The notes beneath the pieces are model-generated. The model was not told where the DNA came from. It worked only from the letters and a program-made list of their open reading frames with translations, and made no database searches. Below are positions 24,968 to 37,269 of a stretch of DNA of 64,000 nucleotides, in pieces. The stretch is from Ramazzottius varieornatus (lineage: Eukaryota; Animalia; Tardigrada). The stretch lies in contig BDGG01000009.1 of NCBI GenBank assembly GCA_001949185.1, forward strand, positions 1,415,624 to 1,479,623. Direction: 5' to 3'. Position 1 is the stretch's first letter. Every line of letters starts with the position of its first letter. A program made the position numbers and the translations under genes.

Positions 24968-26380
24968 GGCCCAACGTTGAAACTTCCGGGATGGGGCTTG
25001 ACAAAAGATGGATCTAAAAACTAATTACCATCTTCTCGACACATAACTATATACTGTTATCAGCTCCGGAGCTCACTCGCTCACTGGTCGACCCTTAAGA
25101 CTCAGCATGCCTGCAGCAAGCGATCACAACAAGCCTGGTCGTTCGATGTAAAAACTTATCTTTTCTCCTTTCCATAAAACTGCTTCTTTGACGCGTCAGT
25201 ATGTCATGCCCAAGGCCATATAATTTCCAGTCAAGGCCCTGCAGTGCTTCGCGCTAAATACTGGACTGATCTAGAACAACTTTAAGATACCGGCAGCATT
25301 TTGTAACTGGTCCGCCAGCCGATAGAAAAAATTTCTATAAAGGTCCCTGACGGCATTCGCACCAGACCAGGCTGGAATCTAGCCAAAGCCCGCCATTCAG
25401 AAAGGAGGTTTCTCATGAATTCTTCCTGCGGCGACTTGCCAAAAAGCACAGTCATATTATAATGTGCGTTCTATGGGCAAGATTATGCGAAGACCAAATC
25501 TGATTATAATTAGCACACAGTTCCGACTATCATGCCATCTGTCGCTGGCCACTGTCCAGTAGCCACTCCCATCTTCTTGCGCTTTTTATTCATTTTCCCG
25601 ACGAAATAAAGTTCCTGCACCCATGCGAAGCAGCTCTCCGCTCCCTTTCTTAGGGAATGATGAGTCGTTATATTCCTGAATTAGAAGAAAAGAAGGCACT
25701 ATAACTCGATGGCGGAAGTTTGCGCAAGAGTCAATAGAGAACTCGACCATTCGGATAATACAGAAGTAGATACTGTCAAAAGAAAAACCAGATTATGACA
25801 CTGTATGGCAAATGATATCCGCTTATCAGCTGAAGTTTTGTTACGAGCTCAATATCATCTTAAGTAAAGTTATCAAGTGCTTGAAGTGACGCCGAAGTCT
25901 TCGGACACGCTCGCGCACCGATGCACATTCGTCGTATTGCGGAAAGGTGGGTCGTTCTGGAACAATGCGACTCTTGATTTATAGCTCTGCAAAGCCGAGC
26001 AGCGGCTGAAGGTCAAAGTCGACCCGGAACAGTCCTAAGAGGAGCCACAGCTAGTATATTCCAAACATGGGACATTCATCTTGCTTTCCATCAAACTCTT
26101 CCGCGCGCATAAACATGTGTATCCTTTTTCGTTTGCGCATCAGTTTTCTTGTTCATAAGTTTGCTCTCTTCGTTGTTGGTTACACAAGACTTTGATAGAC
26201 TCACATTCATATCTGACTGGGCGAAAAAACCGGTCGCCACTGCGGCTATAAACGTAAGTTCTTCGCTGGTTTCCGTTCATAAAGTATCGTCCCAGTTGCT
26301 CTTCGACACATCAAAATCCAACAAGCCACAGTAGCATTGCTTCGTCCTGTTCCTTCAGATAACTGCGACCGTTTGAAACC

Positions 26381-26860
26381 ATGCACTCGATAAGCTTAGT
26401 ACTCCTGTCTGCCTTGTTAGGCCTCGTCTCTTGTCAATACTACAATTCTTACGGGTCGCCCATGTACTCCACCAGTTATGACAACGGATATGGCGCAAAC
26501 GCCTACAGCTCATACCCCTACGGAGGGGGTTCTTCCTATAGTCCCTACGGCTCCTCCTACGGCGGAAGTTATGGCAGCTCCTATAATCCTTATGGCTCTT
26601 CGTCCTACAGCTCGTCTCCCTACGGCTCGCCCTATGGAGGATCTTTTGGATATGGTAACTCTGGCTACGGAAACTCGGGTTACGGCTACGGCGGGTCGTC
26701 ATATAGTCCATATGGATCTCCCGGATCCTCTTACGGTTATGGTTCTAGCCCGTACGGCTCTTCGTCGTACGGTTACGGCTCTAGTCCCTACTATGGTTCT
26801 TCCAACTACGGTTTCGGCTACGGCAATGAATACAGTAACGGATATTACGGGAAGAAATAA
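26381..26860 (+). CDS. Secreted Gly/Tyr/Ser-rich repetitive protein (structural or cuticle-like)
   Basis: Signal peptide [18 protein letters not shown], repeated SSPYG/YGGS/GYGNS units, C-terminal YYGKK, downstream AATAAA at ~26993. Confidence 0.85.
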   Translation: MHSISLVLLSALLGLVSCQYYNSYGSPMYSTSYDNGYGANAYSSYPYGGGSSYSPYGSSYGGSYGSSYNPYGSSSYSSSPYGSPYGGSFGYGNSGYGNSGYGYGGSSYSPYGSPGSSYGYGSSPYGSSSYGYGSSPYYGSSNYGFGYGNEYSNGYYGKK

Positions 26861-27433
26861 GTGGCTGCTGGAGCCTGGTGTACTTTTCATACGTCCAAGA
26901 ACCCGCCTTTGTCCCAAACTCAACACTATCTTTTTTCGAACCTTTCGGATTTTTTAGTTGTGAAGGCTTTTCAAGAAGGTCATTAGTCCGTCAATAAATA
27001 GTGCTCGAAACTACTAGCGAGCACAAAAATCTGATGCTCAAAACGTAGAAACTTTCCTGAAAGTCTCAACGTTATGCCAGAACCTTCGCGATCTGATTGG
27101 CATAACTAATGATTAACCAAAACACCCTGCAGCCGGTGATCTACGAATGTTTGCTTCAGTATCATGCCGACAGTGATAAATGAAGTAGTGCGGATTCTAT
27201 AAGTCGAAACCCTGGAATCCCGCGCGTTAACGTTGAAGTCTCTTCTTGGAATTAACAAACATCTTGATCGCGGGCCTATCGATATCGGTCTATCGAACTA
27301 TGCGCAAATCGACAATTAAGCCAAGTCAGCGAATTCTTTTGAAACTTGTCGGTCCTCAGTCATGTCAATATTTACACTTGGAAGAAAAATCTTCACGAGC
27401 TAACTAACACGCTCCAAAGAACCAGTGCAAATA

Positions 27434-28025
27434 TTAGGAACGTAGCCGCCACATAAAAGTAAGCAAAACCAGGCATAGAATGGAAGAGGACATGGAAGGG
27501 CGTGACGAGCCATTGCACTGTTCCGTGGCACAGATACATGACTGGACGTCCCCTTGAATGAAACATCCATCGGCAGCTCTGACGATCGGATCATCGGCGG
27601 GGAGTCCTCCACAACCTCTCCTGATTAAAACTACAGCAACAAGTCCTTTTAACCCTAACTTGGAATGTTACTGAACAGTTAAGACCAAATAAAATAACGC
27701 ACCTCCTGGACCTGTCGTTTTCAAGCATCGGTCACTTTCACCAGGTATTCCTGGGCAGTCTGTCCACAGATACTCCATCGATATCAGCTCACTGGGGTTA
27801 GAGCATTCAGGGTTGATGGACGAGTCGCACTCGTAGCAGCGAATTTTCATCACAAAATCGGACTGTGCCACCATTGGCATCTGAAATTGACCCAGGACTG
27901 CAAAAGAAGGTCACCTTTATCCACCATGATATTTTGTGCCAGATTTTGAAGGAGCAACTGCGAGTACCTCTGTGTTCGATACTACACAGCGTCACAGAAA
28001 AGAGGAAGAATGTCCAGCCACTCAT
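27434..28025 (-). CDS. Ly6/uPAR three-finger (quiver/sleepless-like) GPI-anchored protein
   Basis: Signal peptide, IRCYECDS..PEC..DC..RCLK..RGC..GC..CICATEQCN, hydrophobic C-terminal tail. Confidence 0.88.
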
Positions 28026-28679
28026 CTTTAGCGCGTACCGCATAAAAGTTTCTAACAACTGACAAGTCACTACTAGTCCAGCACAACAATGGCTGAACAA
28101 GACAAGGTTGCACGAGATGCACGACTACCTCATGAAAGTTATGAGTTGGATCAAGTTGTCACTTGGAAGCCCCAGTAGTAGTGAATGCTCCAAGAGATAT
28201 GCTAATGATGCTGAAAACCTGAACTCAGGAAGCACTTAAACGACGAGAACTGCCATTCGAGCCAAAACAAATCAAAGAAGCCTTGCTACCCTTCCTAAAA
28301 CTGCTGAGCGCTTTTCCGCTTCGTCGTACCTGAATCTCTCTACGCACGCTTCGTTTAAATTGTAAGGTTACAGTCTGATTTCTGACAAGGACCAACCAGG
28401 AAAGACCGAACCTAGAAAGAAGGCTAAAGAGCTACAACGAATGAGAGGCATATACGACGAGAGAAACTTCCACACCAAAGCGGAGTGAACAACATTTGCG
28501 CACCGTGACAGCAAGAACCCAGAAACGCTGAACCCAGAAACGCCTTTCCAGTCAGATATTTTGAGTATCATACGGTGTCAAGCATACGGACAAGCATACG
28601 GTTTACACTTGCCTGTCAGAAACCAAGTTGCAAGTCGGCCAGCGAGCCGCGCGTTCCAGAAGAAGGCATTGGCGAGTCT

Positions 28680-30394
28680 TCAGTGTTCGGGAGGGTTGAA
28701 CTCCTTTTCATTGGGCAGTTTCAAGCCGATTCCTCGAAGCAAATCAAAGGTCGAGTAACTGCAAAAGACAACACAACCTTAGTCGCTGCAACTCCCGTCA
28801 GATGAACGGAACATCATTTCAAAATTGCAAAGTGTCTAGCTACATTTTATCACAGGCAGTTCCTCGAGCGCATATGACAGAATCCACTTCCTGATGGTAC
28901 AAGCACCTGCAAGACGATCCGTCAGAGACGCATAACTACGTCTGACAGAGAGCTGCTGCGCTCTCACCGTAGACTGCTGAAAGTATGATAGCGACGCTGT
29001 TCGAAAGTCTTCTGGACCGACTCTAGCATGCTCAGGTCCAGGTTGCTCATCTGGTGGAGAATGTTGGCGCAGAATTCCTCCACCGTCGAAATAACTAGTT
29101 CTGGCAAATCTAAACCACACCCGTATTACAAAGCGAACTCGTTCAATTATTTATTCTCCACAACGGATAGCTCCCCTTCGACAGAAGCGGAAATCACTCA
29201 TGTGGTTTCAAACTTACCGGGAAATCCGTGGCGGTCAGCTTCTTCCATAGCCCGATCATGCAACCACTTGAGACAGGCCCAGGTGGCAGGCGCTTCCTCC
29301 TCAGCGGTCAGCAACGGCGTCATGGTGTTCTTTTGTCGGCTGAACTCGGTGACATTGACGATAGCTTTGTACATCTCGTAATAGTTGTCACTCAGCTTGA
29401 ACTTGTCATTAAAGAGCTTGCAGGCGGCATCCGACTTGATGTGCGAAGCTGCCGGGATCTGATGACGGTTTCGTCCTAAACGGAAACAAGACCATCTTAC
29501 TACCAAGCTCTAGACTACGCTAACGAAGACATGATGAGCGACAGATGGCAACTTACGGTTTTCCGTGACGTCCAGTGTGCAGCCAGGAGGGAGTTGACCA
29601 GGACTGACGAAAGCATGGAAGGGCGACTGCTCCAGGTGACCACTGGTGATGCGGAAAGACTCGATAGCGATCTCAAGGGGACGATTGATGGTGTAGGCTT
29701 GATCGCCCCTAGTGACGGGGACCACGCTAACCACCAGCACGTTCTGCACGACGATCTCTGCAAATGAAGGGAGACCTGAACTTGAACGTAAGTACTTTTC
29801 TCCTTTGCTTTAACCGCTTTTCTTGCTGGACGTAATCTTCTGTATGATTCCTACATCCTGCTCACCTTTCATTTCCTTGTAGAACAAAGTCAGGGCTTTG
29901 TGGAAGGCTTCCTGTAGCTGGTCGAAATCTTCTCCAGCGGGAATGGAAATGTCGTTCTCGACGGCGTTGGGGAAATGCTGGCCGACAACAATCTCACCGA
30001 CGCCGTGCGCCACCTCCATGATGATATCTGACATCTTCACCGGAGGGCCGGAGTGTTTGACGCTAGGAGCGCTCTTCGGTCCTGTGAAGACTGAGCTGTT
30101 GGTGCCGAAGCCTACGCTACCAGGTCGGTGCCGGTCGACATCCTTGGAGCTGACGGAAAGATCATCGCGTTTTCGTTCATCCCTGGCCATCTGGTGATAT
30201 CGCTCTTTCTTCGCTGGATCCAGATTCTGCACAGAGCGCTTGATAATCTTCATGCTTCAACAATTGGATATGGAAGACGATCAACGTACCTTCCATTCTT
30301 GGTCGTATCTGCCAAAGAGAGCCGGGCTCAGTGGCCCTCTTCCTCCAGAGCGTTCCCGCACGAAGTAAGTGTAGGCATTTCGTTTGGGCGGCAT
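28680..30394 (-). CDS. mael: Protein maelstrom (HMG box + MAEL domain; piRNA pathway)
   Basis: HMG-like MPPKRNAYTYFVRE..EWK|NLDPAKKERYHQMARDE. MAEL motifs RPLEIAIESFRI..FHAFVSPGQLPPG..HQIP and ECHC-type RCLYHQEVDSVICAR. Confidence 0.88.
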
Positions 30395-30650
30395 TCCTCC
30401 AACCTTCCAGGCTAAGATCATCCAGCCAGGACAGTTTCTATATCCTCGGCTTTGTCGACGGTAATCCACCTGTTGAGCCTTGAAAATTCATAAGGATGAC
30501 CAAGAACCAAAACAGGAAAGTGAGCAAAATTCACATGACCGCATCCGCTCTTCAGTTCCGTCTCCTAAAATACGACAGGCCCCGGGACTGGGTGGTACCG
30601 ACCGTACCGAAAGGCCCAAGGGTGCCCTGACCCGGGTAGGCGGTAGACGG

Positions 30651-30992
30651 TACGAGGTAAACGACATAATTCGGGCATAGCGGTTTTCGTACCATAATTC
30701 GGGCATATATTTTCTCAGCTTGTGCTGCGCAAAATGAACTGTTTCTTGTTTCCTGAGGTAGATTGATCTCTTTCCTTGAGGTTTCAGTAGGTTTGAGGAC
30801 GATAAAGCGTTGTGGATTACGGGAATTTGGCCTGGGTGAGAGATGGGTCTGTCCAATGTTAAAACGCCTAATGTTGTATCAACAGACGTATGATGAGATG
30901 AATCAAGCGTTGACGACAATCTTCGAACTTTTCGCTTCGCCCGAATTATGGTGCGAAAATCGATATGCCCAAATTATGTCGTTTACCTCGTA
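30651..30992. mobile_element. Tc1/mariner-type MITE, copy 1 (TA TSD, ~55 bp TIRs)
   Basis: TA-cgaggtaaacgacataattcgggcat ... atgcccaaattatgtcgtttacctcg-TA; second copy at 54076-54419. Confidence 0.9.
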
Positions 30993-31349
30993 GACCCATT
31001 CTTCCACTGGAAAACCCTCTCGGCGGATCCACCATCTCGTTCATCTCAATGGTCGCCCGACTCATCTTTGCTCCAGGGGCAGGGGATAGGAAAAGTTGGG
31101 AAACGTATGAGATTTTGTTCTCGCCTCGACTCCTTGGGGCCGGAAGTTTCGGCGTTTTCCTTTTGTAACAGATTTTCCTTTAAAATCTAAATTTCCAGAC
31201 TCCTGGATTCAGATGCTTCACGAGGGGCTCTTCACTGCTTTTCGACAATCGTCTGACGAGGGTTGATGTGGGAAGCTGCAACTGCTAGAGTCGCAAGCTT
31301 AGGAAACAGAAAGCGGGAATGCGGGACGGCTGCAGGTGATTCGTTCGAG

Positions 31350-32855
31350 TCATGATTTGTTTTCGGGAAGCGAACCGGAAATTGTATAGTAAATACGACA
31401 ACCTTTCAGAACAATTGGGAGTGGATCCCCTCTTGACCACCATCTAAAGAATCTGAAAGAATACCCAACCGGGACAGCATACAGAACGGTCTCAGCGGAA
31501 GAAATTTTAAAGTTGTTTTTGTGCTTGAACCGCGCGTACTGGATCCACTCGACGATCCGCTCCAGCAGCTTGGCCTGCGACTCATGCCGTAGACGCTGGT
31601 TGCCCAGAAGTCCCAGACTGTAATCCATTTGAGGTATAAATGTTTCTGACTTCGTGACGGTTAAAAGATCAATGTTATCTTTTCGAGGTTTTGGTTTCTC
31701 TGAGAAGTGGAACACTCGGACGGCGGCGACGGACTGCGCCACTTCGTCCATCTTCTTCAGTACACCAGCAGGATCTCCTGTTGGATTTTCGGCGGTTGAA
31801 GTCACCCGCGACATGAAGGTATGGCAGTAAAGGATTCGTTGGTTGATATTTTCTTTTTGCCAGATATCAACCACTTCGTCTAGTGGATCTTTCCTCACGT
31901 CGTGTTTGGATATTGAACTGTCGTTCCTAATCTGAAGCGTTGTTTTCAGTTGTGACTTAACTGCGCCCACTGGGAAGGCGGATTTCGTACTGACAGGCAC
32001 CTGGGTAACGTTTGAAGTTCTTTCGCTGACTTCCAGCTCTGTATTTGAGGGAGTTGATAACTGGTTAATTAGCAGGGGAGCCGCGGAGTTGACGTTATCG
32101 TCTGCATCGGCCGGTTTGACGGTGACACTGGCGTGATTGGTAGGAGGCTTCGCGGCTGGAGAAATTAAGTCGATAAAGCTTAACGAAGCGGGAAGAGTCA
32201 TTGTGTCGTCTTCCAGGTAATATATTCGTAAGGCTTCGGCATAAACTTGTTCCGGTCTATTTTTGTCGACTGACCATGCTGTGATTTCAGGGTTCAGTCG
32301 GTCCGCAGAAAGGTACACACAGAAGGTCTCCGCCCCGACGTACCTTCCTTTGACTTGGCTGGCGCTGATGAAGGCGTTCGCCGATGCAAACAAGTGTCTG
32401 GTGTCACCACTACCGTATCCAAGCTTCCGGGTTGACTTATCCAGCAACAGCTTCAAATTCGGAACAACGGTAAGATATTTGACGTAACCACCAGCCGCTG
32501 GTAATTTCGTGGGGCTGTAAGTTAACCACAAACGAAGTCCGCGAATGTAGTTGTTCGGTGTGTTGGCAGTAATAGGAAATGCGGGAAACAGACGAGACAC
32601 AGATGCAGCAGGAGTGATTTGCGGGATAAGGTCTCCGTGGCTGACTTGTACTGATTCAATAGACAGGACGTCATACTGCGGATTGTTGTGTAGCCATTTG
32701 TTGATACGGTCGATCAGGTCAGAGACTTTTTCAAATTTAGTTCTTCCTTCGAGGGTCGTACGATCAGTGATCCTAGGGCAGAAATCCAAGAACTGAAAGG
32801 GACGAGGCGGCTTTGCGTCCGCAGCTGGGGCAACAACGTTAGCAGGGTTCGACAT
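31350..32855 (-). CDS. Intronless 501-aa protein with four degenerate internal repeats, unknown function
   Basis: Single long ORF; repeated F.P...(E)...R.N.W....V...ET....LR[LIV][WYF] units. Confidence 0.8.
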   Translation of the reverse strand: MSNPANVVAPAADAKPPRPFQFLDFCPRITDRTTLEGRTKFEKVSDLIDRINKWLHNNPQYDVLSIESVQVSHGDLIPQITPAASVSRLFPAFPITANTPNNYIRGLRLWLTYSPTKLPAAGGYVKYLTVVPNLKLLLDKSTRKLGYGSGDTRHLFASANAFISASQVKGRYVGAETFCVYLSADRLNPEITAWSVDKNRPEQVYAEALRIYYLEDDTMTLPASLSFIDLISPAAKPPTNHASVTVKPADADDNVNSAAPLLINQLSTPSNTELEVSERTSNVTQVPVSTKSAFPVGAVKSQLKTTLQIRNDSSISKHDVRKDPLDEVVDIWQKENINQRILYCHTFMSRVTSTAENPTGDPAGVLKKMDEVAQSVAAVRVFHFSEKPKPRKDNIDLLTVTKSETFIPQMDYSLGLLGNQRLRHESQAKLLERIVEWIQYARFKHKNNFKISSAETVLYAVPVGYSFRFFRWWSRGDPLPIVLKGCRIYYTISGSLPENKS

Positions 32856-33195
32856 CCGAACTCTTATTTCGCTGTTCCAAATCCGATATCCATCATCAAA
32901 TCAAAACCTTCACACGTAATCAGAGACGATGTTTAGAGTCTGAACATGAACGGACTACTCCAGCCAAACTCACGATGGTTTCATGGCTCTCCATGGTTAC
33001 TTTTGTTGCACTTGTGTGATAAGGACAGCAATTGCATGTCATCGAAATGATCGCTTATTTTCGGCTGCTTCAGATTTTGTCTCTCCGTCCGTCTTTTCCG
33101 TCTGCCACCCAACATCAGCACCATGAACGAGCAGGTCGAGGAGAAGTGCTTGACATGGCCGGAGAAATTGGTGAAAGCACGCCACACTTGGAAAG

Positions 33196-34324
33196 ATGAC
33201 AATGGTACACAGTCTGCTTCAAGACCTTTACCGCAGTGCGGAGAAATGGAAACCCCAACGGATATTTCAGAATCGTGTCATGGTTGCTTTTGTAGGTCGA
33301 CGTATGGTCCATTATGAACTGCCCGGCGGACGGGAAGAACTTATGGAAGAATACGACATTTCAAGCCTGAGTCTGATAGGTAAGAAGCTTTCGTTTGTAC
33401 GATCGGGGATGCGCTTATTTTGTACTGTAGTGTAATGATTGTCGGTGACGGAAGAAAAGAGAGAGAGACAGATCAGAGGACAAAATCCGAAAACAGGAGG
33501 AATACTTCACGGAAAAATCGAATTTGTAATAGGAAGTTAATATTATTTGTTTCTTTTGCAGCACGGAAGTACCGATGGCAAAGCAGGATTGGAGCATGGA
33601 GTCCTTGGCAGTTTGAGATTGGCGAAGCCTCGTCGACAACAACTGTTACGTCGGATATGCGGGAGAATATCGCAAACGTAAGTCAAAAGTTCTTTGAAAG
33701 AGGTTAAGCTATGGAGGAAGTGTAGACTCACTTGGTACCAGCGCTCTTGATAGCCTGTCTGTGTTCGCAGGGATGACACCGAGTTCTTTGTCTGGCGAAT
33801 TCGGAACCTGCCTTACCCTAGATCCAATTATGATGTCAAGGTGGATGCGCAGAAACGGAAGATTATTGTTCGAACTGTGAACCATAAGTATGAGAACACT
33901 GTATCAACCAGTTACGATGGTGGTCGTGTTACGGATTATTCGAGATAGGTTTTACAAAGAGCTTCCGATGCCGGACATGGATCGAATGCAGCTGGATGTG
34001 GCGCAGGACGGTCTTGGTGTGACCCACGCTAACAACACCTTGGTCATCAAGGTCAGCTTCGTCTCTCCCCCTAATTATTTACCCCCGTATGTCCTGACTG
34101 GATTTCCGGTGGCAAATTTTCTCATTGCAAACTCTTCTCCATCCTCTTTTTAGTATCGTAAGCCCAAATACATAGTAGAGTTGGAACGCTTGCTAAGAAT
34201 GGAGGTTCAAGGACTGCCTGACAAGGAAGCAAAGCAAGAAAAGGAGATGATGGAATCTGTGACAAAAATGATGGAGAACGTCATGAAACGACCTGCGAAC
34301 CCAAGTCAAGCCATTATGCGGTAA
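33196..34324 (+). CDS. DPCD: Protein DPCD
   Basis: GRRMVHY..ELMEEYD..WQFEIGE..REN..P..VRRDD..FVWRIRNLPYP..YDV..IIVRTVNHK|FYKEL..PDMDR..HANNTLVIK|YRKP. Confidence 0.95.
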
Positions 34325-34456
34325 ACGGAATTGTAAACGAACATTTCGACATGGTGGAAGAGAGGGGAACTCATAGAAATCAGAAGCTGTAGACTGTTCT
34401 TTCGTGTGAGATTAAAAACCTGAATTTTGAAAATCTCACAGACGTGGTGTCTTAAC

Positions 34457-36934
34457 TTAAATGCTCGAAGCAGTAAAATCTCGGCCCACATCGCCGTATA
34501 CATATCGATCTACGGTTTCTTCGTCCATTCCTACTGCATCCAGAGCCGGCAAGAGGTAATTCCTCGCAAAAGACGGGTTAGCACAGACTACGATCATAAA
34601 GCCGTCTGTCGATGGCGGCAAAAATTTTGCCACAAGGCTGTCCTGCAGTTCTTCCTTCCAATCACTGCAGATGGCACTTCCTAGTAATGTCGGATAATAT
34701 TGGCATATTGCCGGTGAGGCGTTAGCCAGCTCCTTGAGTTTCTCTTCCATCATGAAATCGTTCTCTGTGAATCCAATATGCAACAGTGTAAACTGAATAG
34801 GCGCTCGTTCTCGGCAGGCCTGTTCCACCATGGCAAAGTAGGGAAGTGCCACGAAGGTCGTTCCGAAGAAAAGTACGTGCTTGTATTGTTTCGTTGCTTT
34901 AGGTCGGCTGAATCTCTGCTGATGACTAATCCAGCCACTCTTCAGGTACAGTAGTTGACCATAGGGACCCGATACCATCACAGGGTCTCCGGCCTTCACT
35001 TGCAGCAAAGCTCGGCCAAAAGACAGAGAAGCCGGAAGTGCTTCGGTCTGTCGAGTAGGTTCTGCCTGCAAGTCCCATATTACATCGACGAAGCCGAGAC
35101 TATCACAGGGGCTAGCGGGGAAGACGGGACGACAAAGCTTTCTTCGCTCGGCTGTCGAAATGGTCATCAAGATGAACTGTCCGGGGGGTACACCCAGTAA
35201 CTGCTCTTTTCCCTCCAGTAAGAACCTTGCTAATACTCTGCGAATTTTGGGATCGAAAACCAAGCTACTATAGTTCAATGGTACACATGTTGCTGGCTGG
35301 TTCGGCTGCAAAGCGAGACGCGAGGGAGCATAGCAGTGAACAAGGGAAGGCGGCGTTACTGGAGGAGGCACTTCCGGTGGAGTAGCCGCTTTCATCTGGT
35401 GAAGTAGCGGTGAGGTTGGGGCTGATGTCTTTAGTTTGTCCTTTGCAGTTTTCTTCCCCTTTGCGGCTGGTTTCTCCTTGACCTCTCTCGGTTCTAGTTT
35501 AGCTGATTTGTCTTCGGCCTTTCTCGCGGCAGCAGTCTTCTTCTTGGTTGGGCTGGACGCTGGTCTGGGCGATGCTGCCTCAACAGCACGCGCTTCCGCA
35601 GCCAGCTTCTCGTTTTTGATCGCCAGTTCTATCGCATTCATACGTTCTAGTACTAATGCGTCGATGCTTGTAACAACCAAATCCGGATGAAAGGCGTTAT
35701 TCTTCCGATCAGGTCCACTGGCGCTAACACGACTTCCTTCGGACGACGCAGCATGCAGTTTCGCCACTAGATCTTCGTAGGCTTGATCAGACTCAACGTC
35801 GCTGTCACTGTCCGTTCGTGATGAGGAATTTTGCCAATCATGCTGAATCATTAATTGCGTCATTAATTTCGCACTAACATCCTTTGAGGTGGAGGTCGGT
35901 GTTGTCGTGTCCTTTAATACAAAACTGTAGCCGTGATCCAACCTCGTGCTCACCAAGTAACTCCCTTGGACCATCTTGACGTAGTTGCTTTGAAAAGCAA
36001 TGTTGCACTTGTCGGGTAATTTATCATGGTGAGGTCCCAAAGGAATGGCAACCTGTTGACCAAGCTGGGTTTCTGATTCCGCGGTCGGACAGTTATCAGC
36101 TGGTGCTTCGAGATTGGAATAGCGTGGACAAAGAACTTGGTGGCCCAGGTTTGTGATAGGTGGTGCTTCGCCTGCCGGCCGTAGCTTCGATGCTAGAATA
36201 GCCAGGAATGCTTTTTCATTTTCGGCAGTTGGCAGTCCTTTTTGACGGTCATTTTGTCCGGTATCTGTCTGCGATCTGTTGGGTGTGACTGTGGTTGTTT
36301 CCAGGTGGACTAGCGTCGGTGTTGGTGCGGGAGCCACGGGCACAGTGGGTGGAAATAATGAAGTGACAAGAAAATCATTGTTGTACAATATTGGAGGTGC
36401 GGAATCATCAGGAATAATTGGACGAACAAGCGCTTTTCTCGCGGTGTATTCCTGTAGGAACTTTTGTATCAGGTTCTCCGACTGCAGACCCTCCATGCTC
36501 GCTCGATCCAGGGAAATATAACCAAGATAGTTTGCTCGCTCTACCGTGGAACTGGCTCTCAATCGATCCCTTCGTTGTCAGATTCTTACTTGTACAGGAT
36601 GAATGACAGAAGCACAGTATCGCACAGCAACTCCGATTCTTTGACTTGTGACTGATTTCACAGCATGGGAAAGGCCGAAAATCCTCCGGACAAAGGGATC
36701 GACTACTTCCTGTATGGTTTTGGCGGAGCTGAACACTTCCATCAGAATAAGCAGATGGACACGTGGCCATCTGACTGTGCTGGTGCCGCTGAGTGCCCTC
36801 GAGACCACAGTGCTCTTGTTCGCTGAAACCAACAAAACTGCCAAATAGAGATTTGATTTATCCCTTGGGACTCTTCACCACATTGCACCTTTCGCTGGAA
36901 ATATCTCCTTCTCTCGACTTTCGGTTGAAATCAT
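34457..36934 (-). CDS. Long disordered N-terminus fused to a degenerate NADH-cytochrome b5 reductase (FNR-family) domain
   Basis: The C-terminal ~270 aa are collinear with CYB5R (LGVPPGQFI..RP..P..GFVDVI..GDPVMVSGPYG..TENDF..LPP..VC..LPALD). The 701-aa ORF is clear; the 5' exons and start are uncertain. Confidence 0.75.
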
Positions 36935-37269
36935 CGAAATTAGACTGAATGGTACGGCGGATTTCAATTGCGCATCTTCACAGCTAATCTATACGTTTGG
37001 GTTCGCCGCTAAATTCTCACGGTTGGCACGGAGACACATCCGTTAATAAGGTCTACGGTCTAAAGTGAATTCCGTTGTTAGTAGACCGGACTTGGTTCTC
37101 GTGAACCCGTCCTTCGCGGTTGCGTCATGTTGATTGTTGATTTGAGGAAGAAGCAAATTTGTCTTTGTAAGAGAAGTGTCGCCGAAAGTACCATATGTCC
37201 GACAACTCTGACGGACAGGTCTCTTTATTCTTTTTGTCGTTAAAAGCCCTGGTAATTTAGTCTCAAGCC

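Noticed and set aside
30488-30919. 143-aa ORF similar to the 68-aa ORF at 54214
   Set aside because: Both are chance readings through the two MITE copies; no transposase motifs.
36563-36590. Single in-frame TGA between the 88-aa and 701-aa ORFs (possible readthrough or selenocysteine)
   Set aside because: A good splice donor (CAA|gtaaga) lies just before the TGA, so an intron is the simpler explanation; no SECIS was identified.
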